Assembly (NCBI GenBank): GCA_039033175.1
Contig: JBCCDD010000007.1
Span: 59,817 to 123,816 of the forward strand
DNA: 64,000 nt
From: Planctomycetota bacterium
Lineage (GTDB): Bacteria > Planctomycetota > Phycisphaerae > Phycisphaerales > UBA1924
Direction of reading: 5' to 3'
The notes beneath the pieces were generated by a model. It had not been told where the DNA came from. It searched no databases and saw nothing but the letters and a program-made list of their open reading frames with translations. Both the position numbers and the translations under genes were made by a program. This document shows, piece after piece, positions 60,140 to 64,000 of this stretch; position 1 is the stretch's first letter; each line of letters opens with the position of its first letter.

Positions 60140-61549
60140 CTACGCGGGCGCGTCGTCGAACGCCCCGCCGACGCGCTCCAGACCCATCCCGCGCGACGCC
60201 TTGAGCAGGATGACATCGCCCGGGCGAGCGACCGCGGACAACAGCTCGCCGGCGGCCGCGGCGTCGGCGCAGGTTTGGATCGCCGGCTGACCCGCCCGCT
60301 CGATCGCGCTCGCCATCCGCTCGCCCACGCCGATGAGCACATCCGCGACGGCCAACGCACGCGCGAGGACCTCGTCGTGCGCCCCCGCCTCGTGCTCGCC
60401 GAGCTCGAACATGTCGCCCAGTACCGCGACGCGCCGGCGAGCACCAGATCCAAGTGACCAGGCCGCCAGCGTCTCCAGCGCCGCGAGCACGGAGTCGGGG
60501 TTCGCGTTGTAGGCGTCGTCGATCAGCGTCGCGGCACCGCCCCGCACACCGATCTCGCGCGCGCTGAGCCGCCCTGGCTCGCCCTCGGCCTGCGCGAGCC
60601 CCGCCGCCGCTCGTTGCAGGTCCGCGCCGAGTTCGCGAGCGATGGCCAGGGCCACCCCGGCGTTCTGCGCCATGTGGGCCGCGGGCACGGGCAGGCTCGC
60701 CGAAACACCCAGCGCCCGGAACGAGACGCCCGAGGCATCGACGCGGACATCGTTGATCAGGACGTCGGGCCTCGCGTCGCCGGGCACCCCGACGCGCACG
60801 AGCCGCGGCGTGTGCGCATCCTCGATCGCCCGCTCGAGCACGCCGACGCCCGCGGGGATCACACCGACCCCGCCCGGATGAGCGTGCACCAGGATCCGGC
60901 TCTTCTCCCGCGCGACGCCGGCGACGGATCCGAGCTTCTCCATGTGCGCGCGACCGATCGACGTGATCGCCGCGATGTCGGGCACGACGATGCGCGTGAG
61001 GGCCTCGATCTCGCCCGGCGCGTTGGTGCCGATCTCGCAGAGCAGGTAGTCGTCGGTTGGCCGCGCGCTGAGGACCGTGACGGGCACGCCGATGCTGTTG
61101 TTGAAGCTCTTGCGCGCGTGCGTGCCGTCGAAACCGCAAGCGCGGAGCCCCGCGTGCAGCAGGCGCACGGTGCTGGTTTTGCCGTTGCTCCCGGTGACGC
61201 CGATGACACGGGTACCGCACTCGCGCAGGTGCGCGCGATACGCCCCGGACGCGCGTGCGAGCGCGTCGAGGGCATCATCGACCACGATCGTGCGCATGCC
61301 GGCGGGCACGGTCGCCGCACGATCGTCGATGAGCGCCGCCCCCGCGCCGGCGTCGTGCGCCGCTTGCAGAAACGCGTGCCCGTCCGTTCGCTCGCCCCGC
61401 AGCGCGACGAAGACCTGCCCGGGCCCGATCTCGCGCGTGTCGATCGCGACGCCGACGAACGGGCGATCATCTTCGCCCGAGGCGCCCGCGGCACGGGCAA
61501 AGTCGCCGATCGTCCAGCGTTCCGGAGCGCGGCTCAGCTGGCGGGTCAC
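60140..61549 (-). CDS. murF: UDP-N-acetylmuramoyl-tripeptide--D-alanyl-D-alanine ligase
   Basis: Mur ligase P-loop VIGVTGSNGKTST and the C-terminal Mur ligase domain. Located between murE and mraY. Confidence 0.85.
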   Translation of the reverse strand: MTRQLSRAPERWTIGDFARAAGASGEDDRPFVGVAIDTREIGPGQVFVALRGERTDGHAFLQAAHDAGAGAALIDDRAATVPAGMRTIVVDDALDALARASGAYRAHLRECGTRVIGVTGSNGKTSTVRLLHAGLRACGFDGTHARKSFNNSIGVPVTVLSARPTDDYLLCEIGTNAPGEIEALTRIVVPDIAAITSIGRAHMEKLGSVAGVAREKSRILVHAHPGGVGVIPAGVGVLERAIEDAHTPRLVRVGVPGDARPDVLINDVRVDASGVSFRALGVSASLPVPAAHMAQNAGVALAIARELGADLQRAAAGLAQAEGEPGRLSAREIGVRGGAATLIDDAYNANPDSVLAALETLAAWSLGSGARRRVAVLGDMFELGEHEAGAHDEVLARALAVADVLIGVGERMASAIERAGQPAIQTCADAAAAGELLSAVARPGDVILLKASRGMGLERVGGAFDDAPA

Positions 61550-63105
61550 GGGCCAACGCCCCGCGCAGCGCGCTCGTCCATCGCCGCGCGCGCCTGCTGC
61601 GCATCATCAAAGGCGACCGAGCGCACGCCGCCCTCTGCGCCGGCGACGACCTGCGTTCGTTCGTGGCCTTTGCCAGCGACGACCACAACGTCGCCCGCCG
61701 CCGCACCGTCGATCGCGGCCCGGATCGCCCGCGCGCGGTCGGCGTGCACGAGCACACGCTCGCGGGCGTCGGCGGGCACGCCCTCCAGGATCTCGGCGAT
61801 GATCGCCGACGGGTCTTCGCGCCGCGGATTGTCACTGGTGATCACGACCGCGTCGGCAAAGGTCGAACCGATGCGCCCCATGACCGGACGCTTGGCCCGG
61901 TCTCGCTCGCCCCCGGCGCCGAAGACGACCCAGAGCCGGGCGCCCGGGTCGAGCAGCTCGCGCACACCGCGCAGCGTGCGCTCGAGCGCGTCGCCCGTGT
62001 GCGCATAGTCGATGAAGACCGTCGGGAGATCGCGCCCCTCGGCCTCGACCCGCTGCAGCCGACCCGCGGGCGCACGCAGGCTCGGCAGCGCGTCGGTCAA
62101 CGCGTGCAGACGCTCGGCCCCGCCGACACCCTCGCGCTCCAGCACCGCGTCCGCGGCGCACAGCGCCTGGGCAAGGTTCATCACGTTGTGCACCCCGGCG
62201 AGCGCCGTCCGCCCCGCGATCTCGCCGATCGGTGTGCGCAGGCGCAGGTCGCACCCCAGCATCGTGGGCCCATCGATCTCGATGCGCCAGTCGGCATCCT
62301 CGCCCTCGCCGCACAGGCGGACCAGCCCCGGCGTCCGCCGATCCGCGAGCGAGCGCGACCACGCGTCGCCCGCGTTGAGGACGACGACCCCGTCGCCGTC
62401 GAGCAGGTCGAGCAGGCGGGCCTTGGCCTCGCCGTAAGCCTCGAGCGTCCCGTGATAGTCGAGGTGCTCGGGTGTGAGATTCGTAAAGACCGCGGCGGCG
62501 AAGGACAGCGCGTCGGCCCGCCCCTGGTGCAGCGCGTGGCTGGAGACCTCCATCGCGGCGCCCCGGCAATCGTGCTCGGTCATCACACCGAGCGCCCGGC
62601 TCAGCTCGATCGCCGGGGGCGTGGTCATCTCGGCCGGGGCGACCTCGCGCCCGTCGTCGATCTCGACGGTGCCGATCAGACCCGTGCGCACGCCGGCGTG
62701 GTTGAGCGCCTGGTGCAAGAGGCCCGCGACGGTGCTCTTGCCGTTGGTCCCGGTCACACCCACGCAGCGCAGGCGGCTCGACGGTCGGCGGTGATACGCC
62801 TCGGCGGCAAACGCGGCGGCCAGCGCCGGGTCACCCGCGACCAGCACCGGCGTGCCCTCGGGCACACGCTCGGCGCCATCGGCGTCGGTCAGCACCGCCG
62901 ACGCCCCACTCTCGACCGCGGACACGATGTACGCCCGCCCGTCGCTGGTCAGTCCCCGGCGCGCGATGAACAGCGACCCAGGCACGGCGGTGCGGGAGTC
63001 CTGGGTCAGGTCGCCGATGCGCGTTTCGCCGTCGCCGCGAAGCACCACACGCGCCCCCTCGGGCGCAAACGCGTGCATCGCTTCAACAAGGTCGGCGAGG
63101 TTCAA
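61546..63105 (-). CDS. murE: UDP-N-acetylmuramoyl-L-alanyl-D-glutamate--2,6-diaminopimelate ligase
   Basis: VGVTGTNGKST P-loop and a DNPR-type motif (ITSDNPRRED). It overlaps murF by 4 nt. Confidence 0.85.
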   Translation of the reverse strand: MNLADLVEAMHAFAPEGARVVLRGDGETRIGDLTQDSRTAVPGSLFIARRGLTSDGRAYIVSAVESGASAVLTDADGAERVPEGTPVLVAGDPALAAAFAAEAYHRRPSSRLRCVGVTGTNGKSTVAGLLHQALNHAGVRTGLIGTVEIDDGREVAPAEMTTPPAIELSRALGVMTEHDCRGAAMEVSSHALHQGRADALSFAAAVFTNLTPEHLDYHGTLEAYGEAKARLLDLLDGDGVVVLNAGDAWSRSLADRRTPGLVRLCGEGEDADWRIEIDGPTMLGCDLRLRTPIGEIAGRTALAGVHNVMNLAQALCAADAVLEREGVGGAERLHALTDALPSLRAPAGRLQRVEAEGRDLPTVFIDYAHTGDALERTLRGVRELLDPGARLWVVFGAGGERDRAKRPVMGRIGSTFADAVVITSDNPRREDPSAIIAEILEGVPADARERVLVHADRARAIRAAIDGAAAGDVVVVAGKGHERTQVVAGAEGGVRSVAFDDAQQARAAMDERAARGVGP

Positions 63106-63211
63106 GCGGCTCCCCGGTCGTGGTCAGATCGGCTGCTCAGTGTTTCGGATCCTGGCCCGGTCGATCGCCAACCGAGAACGCACGCGGACGTACGGCGCGC
63201 GGCGCACGCCG

Positions 63212-64000
63212 CTATTCGTACGCCCGCTCTCGCTCGTCGTCCGCCTTGGGTGACTCGTCGATCGCGCCGACCGAGGCGGCACGCTCCCGCGCTTCGCCCT
63301 CGCTCAGCAGCGCCCCCTCGCTGTGCGCGACCGTTGCGCACACCATGCAGTCGCCCGTCACGTTGCAGCTCGTGCGGCACATATCCAGGATCCGATCGAC
63401 GCCCAGGATCACCGCGATCCCCTCCAGCGGGATGCCCACGCTCTGGAGCACGATCACCAGCATCACGATGCCGACGCCCGGCACGGCGGCCGTCCCGATG
63501 CTCGCCAGCGTCGCGGTGAGCACGATGGTGAGCTGTTCGCCGATCGTCAGATCCATGCCGTACATCTGGGCGATGAAGACCGCGGCGACGCCCTGGTACA
63601 GCGCGGTGCCGTCCATGTTGATCGTCGCGCCGATCGGCAGCACGAAGCTGTTGACCTCTTCCTTGACGCCCAGGCGCTCCTCGCAGCACTCCATCGCCAC
63701 CGGCAGCGTCGCGCCCGAGCTGGCGCTGCTGAACGCGAGCAACTGAGCCGGGCTGATCGCGCCGAAGAACCGGCGGTACCGCACCGGCGTCAGCACGCGC
63801 AGCACAAGCGGGTACACGCCGAACATCATGAACGCCAGCCCGCCGACGACCGTCAGGCAGTACTTCGCCAGGCTCCCGAGCACGGGCAGGCCCAGATCGG
63901 CCAGCACCTCGACGATCAGGCTGAACACGGCGTACGGCGCGATGATCAGGATCAGGTGCACGACCTTGATGACCACTTCGGTCATCGCCTCGCTGATGCG
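63212..64000 (-). CDS. Dicarboxylate/amino-acid:cation symporter (DAACS family), 3' part; the N-terminus lies beyond the window end
   Basis: The C-terminal half carries DAACS signatures (ATINMDGTALY, CATVAHSEG). The frame is open to nt 64000. Confidence 0.75.
   Translation of the reverse strand, partial: RISEAMTEVVIKVVHLILIIAPYAVFSLIVEVLADLGLPVLGSLAKYCLTVVGGLAFMMFGVYPLVLRVLTPVRYRRFFGAISPAQLLAFSSASSGATLPVAMECCEERLGVKEEVNSFVLPIGATINMDGTALYQGVAAVFIAQMYGMDLTIGEQLTIVLTATLASIGTAAVPGVGIVMLVIVLQSVGIPLEGIAVILGVDRILDMCRTSCNVTGDCMVCATVAHSEGALLSEGEARERAASVGAIDESPKADDERERAYE

Overview
This is a very GC-rich (roughly 68-70%) chromosomal segment. Both strands contain long spurious ORFs in every frame, as expected for high-GC DNA. 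The gene content points to a Planctomycetota-like organism, on five observations: a prepilin-type N-terminal 'DUF1559' protein; four proteins ending in PEP-CTERM-like sorting tails (Pro-x-Pro, TM helix, Arg-rich end); a DUF58 / BatA-N / vWA 'aerotolerance-like' operon; two prenyltransferase/squalene-oxidase-repeat proteins; and a broken dcw cluster (murE-murF-mraY only). Most of the window is housekeeping: carB 3' end, three aminoacyl-tRNA synthetases (glnS, gltX, asnS), an EF-G paralog, dnaB, pdxH, pfkA, rlmN, rsmE, ogt, an OYE reductase, an M32 carboxypeptidase, a flotillin-like SPFH protein, and a DAACS transporter 3' end. I found no rRNA, tRNA, CRISPR, transposase or integrase. The stretches I rate most worth a second look are: (1) two tandem, translationally coupled paralogs of a membrane protein whose N-terminal CPECG and C-terminal RCLDCGY half-motifs could form a split zinc ribbon, apparently co-operonic with gltX; (2) a roughly 12.4 kb, 7-gene operon (DUF58, BatA-N, vWA, a 1219-aa coiled-coil membrane protein, a secreted protein, a prenyltransferase-repeat protein, a secreted protein) with no MoxR ATPase; (3) a fusion of a membrane-embedded alpha/beta-hydrolase with an ATP-grasp ligase, coupled to rlmN; (4) a glycine-rich (GGxGG repeat) secreted protein divergent from a secreted EF-hand protein, with 5 x 13-nt tandem repeats in the shared control region; (5) a PEP-CTERM gene interrupted at a G7 homopolymer; and (6) several short tandem-repeat arrays and palindromes in promoter regions. 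All calls rest on reading motifs in the supplied translations and DNA. No database search was possible.
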